This document shows, piece after piece, positions 1 through 9,071 of a stretch of 48,942 nt of DNA. Under the pieces are notes generated by a model. The model ran no database searches, was not told the origin of the DNA, and was given only the letters and a program-made list of their open reading frames with translations. This DNA comes from Nanobdellota archaeon (GTDB lineage: Archaea > Nanobdellota > Nanobdellia > Woesearchaeales > JACJVW01). The DNA is taken from NCBI GenBank assembly GCA_051819765.1, contig JBNJGT010000002.1, forward strand, positions 1 to 48,942, in the 5' to 3' direction. Position 1 is the stretch's first letter. The number at the start of each line of letters is the position of its first letter. The position numbers and the translations under genes were made by a program.

Positions 1-21
1 GTGACCCACGTGCTCGTTAAA

Positions 22-29
22 TTTATAAA
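22..29 (+). promoter_or_regulatory. TATA box (TTTATAAA) of trpS
   Basis: AT octamer ends 24 nt before the ATG at 53. The same 22-25 nt spacing recurs at about 20 first genes in the window. Confidence 0.6.
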
Positions 30-52
30 CGCACGATTCCAACCCTCCTGGC

Positions 53-1153
53 ATGACCATTACGCCGTGGGAAGTATCAGGAAAGATTGATTACGACAAG
101 ATTATCAAGGAGTTTGGGGTATCTCCCATAAACGAGCTCCCCTCTGAGTTTGATGACCTTATGTTCCGGCGAAAGAAGATCTTTGCCCACCGTGATTTCG
201 ATCGCATAACGACCGCTCTCAGGGAGAACAGACCCTTCATCATGATGACCGGCCTCATGCCCTCCGGAAAATTCCACATCGGGCACATGATTCTTGCAAA
301 GCAGATGATCTTCTACCAGAACCTTGGTGCAAAAATCTACATAACAGTTGCAGACATCGAGGCATACAACGCCCGGGGCCAATCCCTGGAGGGCAGCCGG
401 GAGATCGCAATCAATGAATACATCCTCAATTACGCGGCCCTTGGTCTCGACCTTGACCGCTGCCACATTTACTTCCAGAGCAACCGCTCATCCGATCCCG
501 CCATCGCAAACGCCTACTACCGGCTCCAAAACATCCTGGCCCGTCACGTCACCTTCAACGAGTTTCGCGCGGTCTACGGAGAGGTGAGTCCTGGCAAGAT
601 GACCGCAGCCCTCCTCCAGGCCGCTGACATGCTCCATGTCCAGCTTCCCGAGCTTGAAGGGCCAATGCCTGTCGTTGTCCCGGTAGGGATCGACCAGGAC
701 CCACATATCCGCCTGGCTCGGGACATCACCCAGCGGGTCAAGTCATACAACTTTGTCCAGTTATCCTCCACCTATCACCTGTTCGTTCCCGGACTTTCCG
801 GAGACAAGATGTCATCATCAGATCCTACCTCATACATCGCCCTCACTGATGACGCAAAGACCGTGAAAAAGAAAGTGAATAAGTACGCCTTCTCCGGCGG
901 CCAGGAGACCGTGGAGAAGCATCGCGAGCTTGGTGGGGATCCTGACATCGATATCGCATTCCAGTGGCTCACCTTTTTGGAAGAGGATGATGAGGCCCTC
1001 AAGCAGACCTATGAAGACTACCGTTCAGGGAAATTATTGTCAGGCGAATTGAAGGCACAACTTATTGAGAAAGTGAACACGTTCTTAGAGGCCCACCAAA
1101 AGGCCCGTCAAAAGGCGCGTCCCACGGTCGAGGCTTTCGTGCAGGAGATGTGA
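53..1153 (+). CDS. trpS: Tryptophanyl-tRNA synthetase, archaeal/eukaryotic type
   Basis: 366 aa. Class I aaRS motifs GKFHIGHM (HIGH) and GDKMSSSDP (KMSKS). N-terminus PWEVSGKIDYDKIIKEFG is typical of archaeal TrpRS. Confidence 0.9.
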   Translation: MTITPWEVSGKIDYDKIIKEFGVSPINELPSEFDDLMFRRKKIFAHRDFDRITTALRENRPFIMMTGLMPSGKFHIGHMILAKQMIFYQNLGAKIYITVADIEAYNARGQSLEGSREIAINEYILNYAALGLDLDRCHIYFQSNRSSDPAIANAYYRLQNILARHVTFNEFRAVYGEVSPGKMTAALLQAADMLHVQLPELEGPMPVVVPVGIDQDPHIRLARDITQRVKSYNFVQLSSTYHLFVPGLSGDKMSSSDPTSYIALTDDAKTVKKKVNKYAFSGGQETVEKHRELGGDPDIDIAFQWLTFLEEDDEALKQTYEDYRSGKLLSGELKAQLIEKVNTFLEAHQKARQKARPTVEAFVQEM

Positions 1154-1164
1154 AATCCAAAGTT

Positions 1165-1172
1165 TTTTAAAC
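1165..1172 (+). promoter_or_regulatory. TATA box (TTTTAAAC) of topA
   Basis: About 24 nt upstream of the ATG at 1195. Confidence 0.55.
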
Positions 1173-1194
1173 AATTCCCTGTTTAGCACCGTGA

Positions 1195-3645
1195 ATGGCT
1201 GAACTCATCATTACAGAAAAGCCTAACGCAGCCCAGAAGGTTGCAACAGCCCTTGCTGATAATTCACCAAAGAAAGAGAACCATAACAAGGTTCCCTACT
1301 ACGTCCTGAAACACAACGGCAGGGATATAATCGTTGCCTGTGCTGTCGGTCATCTCTATACAGTGGGGGAGACACAAAAGACACCCTGGTCACGATACCC
1401 GGTCTTTGATGTAGCATGGGTCCCGACCGCAGACGTCGATAAGAGTGCTGACTATTCACGAAAGTATCTCAACACCTTGAAAAAGCTCTGCAAGCAGGCA
1501 GACTCATACACTGTTGCATGCGACTATGACATTGAAGGAGAAGTGATCGGCCTTAACGTGATCAAGGAGTGCTGCAAGGTAAAAGACGCCGCCCGGATGA
1601 AATTTTCGACCCTCACAAAACAGGACCTAGTCAAATCCTATGAGACCAAATCACCAACTCTTGACTGGGGGCTTGCGAACGCTGGAACCACCCGCCACAT
1701 CCTTGATTTCTATTACGGGATCAATGTCACCCGTGCCCTGACTCATGCGATCAATAAGGCAGCCGGGGGCTTCAAGGTCCTTTCAACCGGCCGTGTCCAG
1801 GGTCCGGCCTTGAAGATCATCGTTGACCGTGAAAAGGAGATCAAGGCATTCATTCCCGTACCCTTCTGGCAGATTGAGCTCACCGGTGACATCAAGGGAA
1901 ACGAGGTCAAGGGCCTGCATAAGGAAGACAAGTTCTGGGAGAAGGAGAAAGCAGACACTGTCATGCAGAATGTTGAAGGTCACAAGGAAGGCACCATCAG
2001 TGAGGTCACAAAAAAGCAGTTCAAGCAGAACCCACCATTCCCTTTCGATCTCACCAGCATGCAGCTGGAAGCCTATCGCTGTTTCAAGATACGACCAAAA
2101 GAGACCCTTGAGATCGCCCAACGCCTCTATACCGAAGGACTTATCTCATACCCCCGAACCTCTTCACAGAAACTTCCCCAACAGCTGGGGTTCAAGAACA
2201 TCCTCACCCATCTCAAGCGCCAGGAACACTACAAGGCTTTGGCTGAAAAGATACTCCAGACAAAACTTGTCCCAAACGAGGGTAAAAAGACCGATGATGC
2301 CCACCCTGCAATCTATCCCACAGGGCTTGCCCCTGACGAGACCAGTGAGCGCGATTACAAGATCTATGATCTCATTGTCAAGCGCTTCATGGCAGTCTTT
2401 GCAGAGCCTGCCACCCGTGAAACAAACACCCTGACAGTTGACGTGAACAAGGAGGAATTCATCACCAAGGGGACCGTCACCCTCGAGAAAGGCTGGCACG
2501 AGTTCTACGCGCCCTATGTCAAGATTGACGAGACAATCCTTCCCGTCGTCCAGAAGGGGGATGCAGTGAAAGTCGGTGATATCAGCTGCCTGGCAAAGGA
2601 GACAAAACCACCCAACAGGTACACCCAATCATCAATCATCCACGCCCTAGAAAAGAAGAACCTGGGAACCAAAGCCACACGGGCCCAGATCATCGAGACC
2701 CTTCTTCAGCGTGGATATGTCACCGGTGAATCCAACCTTGAAGCAACAGAGCTTGGCATAAAGACTGTCGAGACCCTGGAGAAATACTGCTCAGCGATCC
2801 TTGACGAGAAACTGACCCGCCAGTTTGAGGATGAGATGGACCTTATTCGGCAGAACAAGCACTCTCCTGAACAGGTGCTGGAAAAGGCGCAAAAACTGAT
2901 CACCAAGATAATCGAGGAATTCAAGAACCATGAGTCAAACCTCGGCGGTGAACTCTCAGAAGCAAACCATGAGGCAGTCCGCCAGGCAACAACCGTGGGA
3001 AAGTGTCCTAACTGTGAGGAAGGCGAGCTTGTCATCAGGAAAGGCAGATTCGGTCGCTTCATCGGATGCTCAAATTATCCCGACTGCAAGACAATCTATA
3101 ACCTCCCCAATGGCGGAACAGTCAAACCCACGGACAAGACCTGCGAATCATGCGGTATGCCGCTTGTCCAGATGCGCCAGCCTCGCCGGGGCCCCCAGGA
3201 GATCTGCATCAATCCTCACTGCCCGACAAAGGAAGAGAAAAAGCATTACCCCGAAGAAGGCATGCAATGCCCTGCCTGCAGTGAGGGGAAGATGATCCTT
3301 AGAAACGGCTTCTACGGCCAGTTCCTCGGATGTGACAATTACCCCAAGTGCAAGACCATGATGAAGATTGTGGAAGGAAAAGTGGACACCACACCCATAA
3401 CCGCAACCAACAAGGCCAAGAAATCAAAAAAGAAATCAACCAAGAATTCATCAACCAAATCCACAAAGAAAACCAAGAAATCAACCACCAAGAAAGCCGC
3501 ACCAAAGTCTGCAACAACAAAGACCACAAAGAAGGCAACCAAGAAGTCCACTGCAAAGTCCGCAACAACCAAAGCAAAGAAGAAGTCCACCAAGAAGGCA
3601 GCAACAAAGAAAACCAAGAAATCAACCCCAAAGAAAACACAGTGA
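1195..3645 (+). CDS. topA: DNA topoisomerase, type IA, with three C4 zinc ribbons and a Lys-rich tail
   Basis: Toprim N-terminus (ELIITEKPNAAQK, ACDYDIEGEVIG). Active-site Tyr motif LISYPRTSSQKL. Zn ribbons CPNC..CSNYPDC, CESC..CINPHC, CPAC..CDNYPKC. 78-aa K/T/S tail. Confidence 0.92.
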   Translation: MAELIITEKPNAAQKVATALADNSPKKENHNKVPYYVLKHNGRDIIVACAVGHLYTVGETQKTPWSRYPVFDVAWVPTADVDKSADYSRKYLNTLKKLCKQADSYTVACDYDIEGEVIGLNVIKECCKVKDAARMKFSTLTKQDLVKSYETKSPTLDWGLANAGTTRHILDFYYGINVTRALTHAINKAAGGFKVLSTGRVQGPALKIIVDREKEIKAFIPVPFWQIELTGDIKGNEVKGLHKEDKFWEKEKADTVMQNVEGHKEGTISEVTKKQFKQNPPFPFDLTSMQLEAYRCFKIRPKETLEIAQRLYTEGLISYPRTSSQKLPQQLGFKNILTHLKRQEHYKALAEKILQTKLVPNEGKKTDDAHPAIYPTGLAPDETSERDYKIYDLIVKRFMAVFAEPATRETNTLTVDVNKEEFITKGTVTLEKGWHEFYAPYVKIDETILPVVQKGDAVKVGDISCLAKETKPPNRYTQSSIIHALEKKNLGTKATRAQIIETLLQRGYVTGESNLEATELGIKTVETLEKYCSAILDEKLTRQFEDEMDLIRQNKHSPEQVLEKAQKLITKIIEEFKNHESNLGGELSEANHEAVRQATTVGKCPNCEEGELVIRKGRFGRFIGCSNYPDCKTIYNLPNGGTVKPTDKTCESCGMPLVQMRQPRRGPQEICINPHCPTKEEKKHYPEEGMQCPACSEGKMILRNGFYGQFLGCDNYPKCKTMMKIVEGKVDTTPITATNKAKKSKKKSTKNSSTKSTKKTKKSTTKKAAPKSATTKTTKKATKKSTAKSATTKAKKKSTKKAATKKTKKSTPKKTQ
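3409..3642 (+). repeat. Low-complexity coding repeat for the Lys/Thr/Ser-rich C-terminal tail of topA
   Basis: Tail runs NKAKKSKKKSTKNSSTKSTKK...KKSTPKKTQ. It contains an exact 24-nt direct repeat ACAAAGAAAACCAAGAAATCAACC at 3463-3486 and 3604-3627. Confidence 0.9.
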
Positions 3646-3710
3646 CACCTGAGATAAAATCTTTCTCCGTCAATCCCGCTTGCAAATCAGGGCCTGCGAG
3701 TTTTTCGCAT

Positions 3711-6272
3711 TCAATATCTCAACGGCAGTCGCACCTGTGTATCAGATGAATTACGCAATATCTGCTCCATATCTTTCGCACCAGCCCTTCCAGCCAGCAG
3801 TTTTTCAAGGGAGGCATCCCGGCGGGTAGCTTGCAAGGGAGGAAATATGAACCTCAGAAGTTCCCTGATTGTTCCCGTCCTTCCAAAGAATTTCTCCTGT
3901 AGTTCTTCATGGGTGTAGGTATAGGTGAAATGATCATCCTTTTGTACCCCGTGCTCACTCATCTTGCTGGTATACCGTTGGGTCGCATTGAGGGAATATT
4001 CATAGAAATGCCGCTTTGCTATCCGTGAAAATGAATATGCATCCGCCTTACTGGAATAGAATTCCTTGATCAGGTCATTGCAGTACTGCAGGAACGTCGA
4101 GACACTGGTATCACAGAGCACTCCGAATGCTTGCCTATAAAGGTCCTTTTCCAGCTCGCATCGCTCTCCCCGGTTTGAGGAGGGATCAGCGATCCCTTGC
4201 ATGATCAGTTCTGGGCCAATCTGCACACTGAACCTGCCTCTCTTTCCGGAGGCACACAACCCATCACCTAGATAGACCCCAAGCAGCTGGTCTTCCAGTC
4301 CCTCCAGCGTTTTGTCAAGTCCATCCTGTTTCGCAAGCACCAAAAATACCTTGTTGTGGTTAATGACTCGAGTATCAGACAATGCAGTTGCGATTCTTGA
4401 TATATTGTGCCAGACACGATTCTTATCATCCCGTGCCGCATTACCCTTGAAACCCCGCTCAAAGAATGCAGAGTAAGCGCGTTCATCACGGTCATCCTCG
4501 CAGCCGATAGCACGAAACAAGGGATATTCAAGCACTGATTCAAGGAACCGTGACATGCGGATCTTTTGCTTCTTATCATCTGTTGAAAGCAATAGGTCTA
4601 ATGTATCCTTCATGTAATATTCATGTAACGGCTGTTTGATTAAATCCTTGAAAGCACTCAGATAGGGCATTGGATGGAACAATGACACTGTATGGATCCC
4701 TCGTTTTGCTTTCATATCCAGGGATGTATGCTTCTTCAATACTGAAGTGAAAAAATCTCTTCCATCAAAATCATCGAATTTCACCTGTCTCATTCCCATA
4801 TCTTTCAGTTTTGATGTGACCCTGAGGCGCTCTTCTTTAAGAGGGTGTGGGTATGTCTTGACCCGCTTCATCCGCTGGTTCATCCAGTAATCAGAACAAA
4901 GGGTCTTATTGCCTGTAGAATCGATGCGTGCCGGAAGCGAGGAGTACAGATAGGAGAGTGCCAGGTGCTCGCGCTTGAGATCCTCGCCGATAAGATAGGA
5001 TTTCATGCTGTCCTCTGCCGCATATTCCAGAAGGATACGCGCCGACTCATGCTCTCCATCTTCCCCTTTCTGGGTCATCTCAGTGATCTGTGCATGGGTC
5101 AGAGTCTTTTCTTTGTATTTTCCAAAGAGATGCAAAAACACAGTATCAAGCTTGTTGTTGTAGTTCCACATTGCCTTGCGTGAGTACTGTGCAGGATCGA
5201 TGTCGATACGCCCTGGATTGATCCGCTGCTCGATGAACCCTCCCCCTATACCCGCCCGTCGCTCCGGCGCCCGCCCAGAGACACCGATGCCAAGGTTTCC
5301 CACCAGTTCCTGTGCTTTGCGGTAATCAAAGGTCATCTGATTATGCCCATACAAAAAAAGCGGGTTGAACTCAGCAATCAGCTCATTCATGACAGTGATC
5401 AACTCCTTCTGGTCACTAACCCTCACGATGGCCACATCATGGTATGAATCATCCAGTGGTGACTGCGCCCTGATACCCTCACAGCCCGCATCAAGGGTGG
5501 TGATGAGATAGTTGAATCCATGGTCAAGGGAGATCAGGCTTGCCGTGGTGATCCGCTCATCCCGGTGCTTGTTCTGAATCTCCTCCATCTTTCGGATGTA
5601 ATCCCCCCGGTCCATCCACTCTATATACTCAAGGCCCTCTTCATAGCGCTCTGCCATTGCAGCCATCTTCTGGTAAAGCTCCCCATCACTCAGATTCTCC
5701 AGTTCATCCTTCAGATAGAGACGCTCCCAGTTATGGGTCTCAAAATCGATCGCAAGACCCTTCTGGCAGGCAAGCTCTTCCAGGGAAACCCGCCCCCCGA
5801 CACCCTTTTTGGTGATGGTGAAGAAGGGGAATCCAAGGGCAAGCTCTGCCTGGCGCTGGTAGGAATTATGGGGTGAGTCCACCAGGAAATCCCTGGGAAT
5901 GAATGGTTTCTGAAGCTCCTTGTTCAGGAACGGTGCCACCAGGTGATACACCGAAGAATTCCGGGAGGGGAATGCCTCTTCAATTCGCACCTGGTTGTCC
6001 ATATCCGCCAAGAATCCAGTTATCAGCTCCTCCATCTCAGGATCAGCCCGTTGTAGCTTGTGCCGGTACTCGGCACGAAGGGCCTCCTTGTAGGGCTGTA
6101 AGGGGTCCGGCTTACTGGGAAGCCACGTGGTCGGGGTATGGTGGGGTCTGTACAGGGTACCCTCGTGATGCTCGCCTGTCTTGAGGTTCCATCCCATGAG
6201 TTCTATCTCAGACTGCAATCTACCCTTCTCCGTGGTAGCTGTCTTGAGGTAAGCCACAACGTAATCCACCAT
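3711..6272 (-). CDS. Family B DNA polymerase-like protein: exonuclease motifs intact, polymerase catalytic motifs apparently degenerate
   Basis: 853 aa. ExoI LAIDFETHNW, ExoII LYGHNQMTFDY and ExoIII LLEYAAEDSMKSY occur in PolB order. PolB-like linker SSLPARIDSTGNKTL..RMKRVKTYP. The expected motif A reads TVSLFHPMPYLSAF and the expected motif C reads GVYLGDGLCAS. Confidence 0.6.
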   Translation of the reverse strand: MVDYVVAYLKTATTEKGRLQSEIELMGWNLKTGEHHEGTLYRPHHTPTTWLPSKPDPLQPYKEALRAEYRHKLQRADPEMEELITGFLADMDNQVRIEEAFPSRNSSVYHLVAPFLNKELQKPFIPRDFLVDSPHNSYQRQAELALGFPFFTITKKGVGGRVSLEELACQKGLAIDFETHNWERLYLKDELENLSDGELYQKMAAMAERYEEGLEYIEWMDRGDYIRKMEEIQNKHRDERITTASLISLDHGFNYLITTLDAGCEGIRAQSPLDDSYHDVAIVRVSDQKELITVMNELIAEFNPLFLYGHNQMTFDYRKAQELVGNLGIGVSGRAPERRAGIGGGFIEQRINPGRIDIDPAQYSRKAMWNYNNKLDTVFLHLFGKYKEKTLTHAQITEMTQKGEDGEHESARILLEYAAEDSMKSYLIGEDLKREHLALSYLYSSLPARIDSTGNKTLCSDYWMNQRMKRVKTYPHPLKEERLRVTSKLKDMGMRQVKFDDFDGRDFFTSVLKKHTSLDMKAKRGIHTVSLFHPMPYLSAFKDLIKQPLHEYYMKDTLDLLLSTDDKKQKIRMSRFLESVLEYPLFRAIGCEDDRDERAYSAFFERGFKGNAARDDKNRVWHNISRIATALSDTRVINHNKVFLVLAKQDGLDKTLEGLEDQLLGVYLGDGLCASGKRGRFSVQIGPELIMQGIADPSSNRGERCELEKDLYRQAFGVLCDTSVSTFLQYCNDLIKEFYSSKADAYSFSRIAKRHFYEYSLNATQRYTSKMSEHGVQKDDHFTYTYTHEELQEKFFGRTGTIRELLRFIFPPLQATRRDASLEKLLAGRAGAKDMEQILRNSSDTQVRLPLRY

Positions 6273-6294
6273 TAAGTGGTGAATCTCGCCAAGA

Positions 6295-6302
6295 TTTATA
6301 AA
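6295..6302. promoter_or_regulatory. Palindromic TATA box (TTTATAAA) shared by divergent genes 3711-6272(-) and 6326-8443(+)
   Basis: Lies in a 53-bp spacer, 23 nt from the ATG at 6272 (minus strand) and 24 nt from the ATG at 6326 (plus strand). Confidence 0.6.
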
Positions 6303-6325
6303 TCTAGTGTGACTTTTCTCAGGCC

Positions 6326-8443
6326 ATGGAAGCTGACACCGCCTTCAGCGTCAGGCAGACTGGCGCGTTGCTCTACCTGTTCCAGCCCTACCTGGAATCC
6401 AGGGGTATCCATGCAGCCGATGACCTTCTCATGGCCATGAAGACAAATAATCATTTCTCACGACGCAAGCTGGCTCCCCACATCCAGGATGCCTTCGAGT
6501 CTTTGAACAAGTTCACCCGCTTCGAAAAGTTCAGGGAACGTGAAGAACTGATGCTCAAGGACGCCCACAAGATTGATCGAATCCCTATCCTGGTCAATGG
6601 CCTGTCCCTGGTGGATGATTACCGATTCAAGAAGGAAGGCATCGACCCCTATTCAGTCAATCATATATTCACTAACATACTTTTGGACCGCTTGCCAGAG
6701 CATGTCTCGGAAAACTGCCTGGATAACTTCGCTCTCCTTTACGTCCAGCCCATGACCTATGTACAGATACCCCTTCACGGCCGGCTTGAGGACATGCTCC
6801 TTCATACGGTGGATGACCGCTTCGGGTCGCACAGCAAATCAGGTGAACACTCACACCCTAATTCCTCCTATAACCCTCGCTTGCTGCGCACTGACCGCTA
6901 CCGTTCTGTTGAGGTGTATTGCAATCGCCAGCTCATGGCAATGAAGTATGCAATCCTCCTCGATGAAGCGCTTCCCCCAGTGATGCCGCGATTCCGGGAG
7001 CGTGGCATAAAAGAAGTCCCTCTCTACATGGAGAAAGGTGCTGACGCAACCGCAGTCATGCAGGCGGTCAACAACTACACCAAAAAGCCCATCCCCTTCT
7101 CTCACATAGGTCAAGGTATCATGACTGGCACCCAGAAATCCCCCTATGGCATCTGTGACCCTGCAGCTGTCGGTCGCCTCTTTGGGTTCATGATCAACGC
7201 CTGCAGGGAAGAGCGAAGCAGCATGCACAGCAGACCAAAACCGGGACCCCTTGAGTTCGAGCCGGGCAGGCACCGCTTTGATCTCATTGAAAAAGAGTGT
7301 GTGGGAAGGCACCCGAATCTTGAAGACCTCATCGACAGGCTCCGGGAGCAAGACGAGGAAGGCTATAGTGCAGCCAAAAACTTTGCCGATCTGTATGGCC
7401 TGGGATTCAAGCGCATAGAACCCCGCTTGGTCGAACTCTTCAGTTCACACACACCCGTCTACGATGATTTTCGTGCCCTTTCCAAGAAGACCTACCGGTG
7501 GCAGGACCTGCTCAAGAGTCGTCGTATACTTACACCTGACCAGGTTCCCGGCTTCTTTGAGATGCCAGTCATTTACCAGGGACAAGGCGATTTTCGCGGC
7601 TCCGAGTTCAGCCTCAGTTCAAACCCTCACTTTGACACCAGGTGGCTTACCGCCTACCACCAGGGTGAACTGGATGTGGGCTGCAGCATCGAGAAGGTGC
7701 TCTCCGCAATGCCAAGAGAACAGTTCCTCACCATATTGAAGGAAAACGCACCCGAGGATTCTCTGATCTGGGCTCACTACGACCCTGAGACCATGACACC
7801 CATCCCTGCCATACGGGGAAGCTTCATACATGCCATCTCATCTGATCCCTTGGAAGGCCTTGCCCACTACCAGACTTTGAAAGCGGCAGGCATCACCCCT
7901 ACCCCGTCTGACCATTACACCGAGACTCCCTTCTATCAGGAGCATGACGGGATTTCCCTCTCCTATCACCCTGACTGTTACCTCTTTCTTCAACGAAGTG
8001 ACAGCACATATGACCTCCTCATCCTTGATACCAAGACCAATCGCGTCACCCCCTATCCTGAACATAAGTACCTGCTCCAGACTTTTTTCTATGGCTGGGC
8101 AATCAAGCAGTCAGTTGAGACCCACCTTGACACCAGAGTGCATGATATCTATTCAGTCCTCAACAAGTGCGCCTTCTACCGGGGGTTCAACGGTGAAAAG
8201 CCCGATCATACCCTGAGCCATCGCCCCCAGAAGTACGCCCCCATCACGCGCTTTGACTCATCCCACTTCTTCCATCGTGCCATGCCTGATATGATCCGCA
8301 TCATCACAGAGGAAAAGGACCGGCTACGGACAGAGAAGGACTACTTCCAGCACTATAAGCGGCACTGCAGCTGCACCTGCTTCGAGAGTAACCGTATCGT
8401 ATGTGACTATCTTGCCACCTCAGATCCCCGTGCCCTTCTGTAA
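6326..8443 (+). CDS. Large uncharacterised protein with a C-terminal RecB/Cas4-like PD-(D/E)xK nuclease domain and Cys cluster
   Basis: 705 aa. C-terminal motifs HPDCYLFL (Asp), LLILDTKTN (D-x-K) and LLQTFFYGW (QxxxY), then HCSCTCFESNRIVC as possible Fe-S ligands. I recognise nothing in the first ~550 aa. Confidence 0.6.
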   Translation: MEADTAFSVRQTGALLYLFQPYLESRGIHAADDLLMAMKTNNHFSRRKLAPHIQDAFESLNKFTRFEKFREREELMLKDAHKIDRIPILVNGLSLVDDYRFKKEGIDPYSVNHIFTNILLDRLPEHVSENCLDNFALLYVQPMTYVQIPLHGRLEDMLLHTVDDRFGSHSKSGEHSHPNSSYNPRLLRTDRYRSVEVYCNRQLMAMKYAILLDEALPPVMPRFRERGIKEVPLYMEKGADATAVMQAVNNYTKKPIPFSHIGQGIMTGTQKSPYGICDPAAVGRLFGFMINACREERSSMHSRPKPGPLEFEPGRHRFDLIEKECVGRHPNLEDLIDRLREQDEEGYSAAKNFADLYGLGFKRIEPRLVELFSSHTPVYDDFRALSKKTYRWQDLLKSRRILTPDQVPGFFEMPVIYQGQGDFRGSEFSLSSNPHFDTRWLTAYHQGELDVGCSIEKVLSAMPREQFLTILKENAPEDSLIWAHYDPETMTPIPAIRGSFIHAISSDPLEGLAHYQTLKAAGITPTPSDHYTETPFYQEHDGISLSYHPDCYLFLQRSDSTYDLLILDTKTNRVTPYPEHKYLLQTFFYGWAIKQSVETHLDTRVHDIYSVLNKCAFYRGFNGEKPDHTLSHRPQKYAPITRFDSSHFFHRAMPDMIRIITEEKDRLRTEKDYFQHYKRHCSCTCFESNRIVCDYLATSDPRALL

Positions 8444-8521
8444 CCACCAATTTTATAAACTCTCAGGTATTTTAACACAAAATCAGGCACAGCCTGAATA
8501 TGAATTAGGTGGAAATAAGAA

Positions 8522-8875
8522 ATGAGACAAGACTTTGGAAACACGGATTTCCGGCCTGTTTTAGAAGGCCAGACTCTGAATGTGGAAATTGAAGCCGTCG
8601 GAGAGAAAGGCGACGGAATTTGTAAACGGAAGGGATTTGTAATCTTCGTCCCTGATACAGCAAAGGGAGACAAGGTTAAGGTCCGAGTGAACAAAGTGCT
8701 ACGAAAGATGGCTTTTGGGGAAAAGGTCGGTGAAGCAGACGGTCCCATCAAGTCAGATAAAGCGTACATTGAAGTATCAAAAGATGAACTTAATTCTCCT
8801 GCTGAAGAGGAGCCTCAGCATGAGGACTCAGAAGACTTCGGCGATGACGATCCAGACGCATACGGATCAAATTAA
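8522..8875 (+). CDS. TRAM-domain protein with acidic C-terminal tail
   Basis: GQTLNVEIEAVGEKGDGICKRKGFVIFVPDTAKGDKVKVRVNKV matches the TRAM beta-barrel pattern. SD AGGTGG (8507-8512) lies 9 nt upstream of the ATG. Confidence 0.8.
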   Translation: MRQDFGNTDFRPVLEGQTLNVEIEAVGEKGDGICKRKGFVIFVPDTAKGDKVKVRVNKVLRKMAFGEKVGEADGPIKSDKAYIEVSKDELNSPAEEEPQHEDSEDFGDDDPDAYGSN

Positions 8876-8884
8876 TTTTTTTTT
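8876..8884 (+). terminator. Oligo-T terminator after the TRAM gene
   Basis: Run of 9 T immediately after the TAA stop. Archaeal termination typically uses oligo-T tracts. Confidence 0.55.
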
Positions 8885-9071
8885 ATTATTAAGATCTATC
8901 CTACGATTTTGGCGCACGCATAAAATTATGATCATCAGTTTTTGAAAAGATAGTATGAAATAAGGATACCGCAGTATTCTGTAAGAAATCTTTGGAGTGT
9001 ATTGCCTATGCAGTATAGCCATTAAACATCAGTAATGTTGTGCAAAAAGCCTTCTGAGTTTTAATTGGTAC

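Noticed and set aside
77-466. Many 60-220-aa track ORFs antisense to or out of frame with strong genes. Examples: 77-466, 1783-2121, 2164-2628, 6851-7351, 9256-9735, 19831-20499, 25475-26026, 26299-26877, 32761-33219, 36238-36732.
   Set aside because: They lie wholly inside longer ORFs that carry clear family motifs. Their translations are low-complexity or motif-free. They lack TATA or SD signals at the expected spacing. I treat them as shadow ORFs.
3299-3749. ORFs 3299-3685(-), 3339-3617(-) and 3348-3749(+) across the end of topA.
   Set aside because: These are alternative-frame readings of the AAG/AAA/ACC-rich repeat that encodes the Lys-rich topA tail. The frames stay open only because of the low-complexity composition.
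3711-8443. The PolB-like plus Cas4-like pair as a casposon, provirus or plasmid remnant.
   Set aside because: I see no Cas1, integrase, terminal inverted repeats, tRNA target or compositional break. The flanks are housekeeping genes with normal spacing. It is kept as a chromosomal module hypothesis instead.
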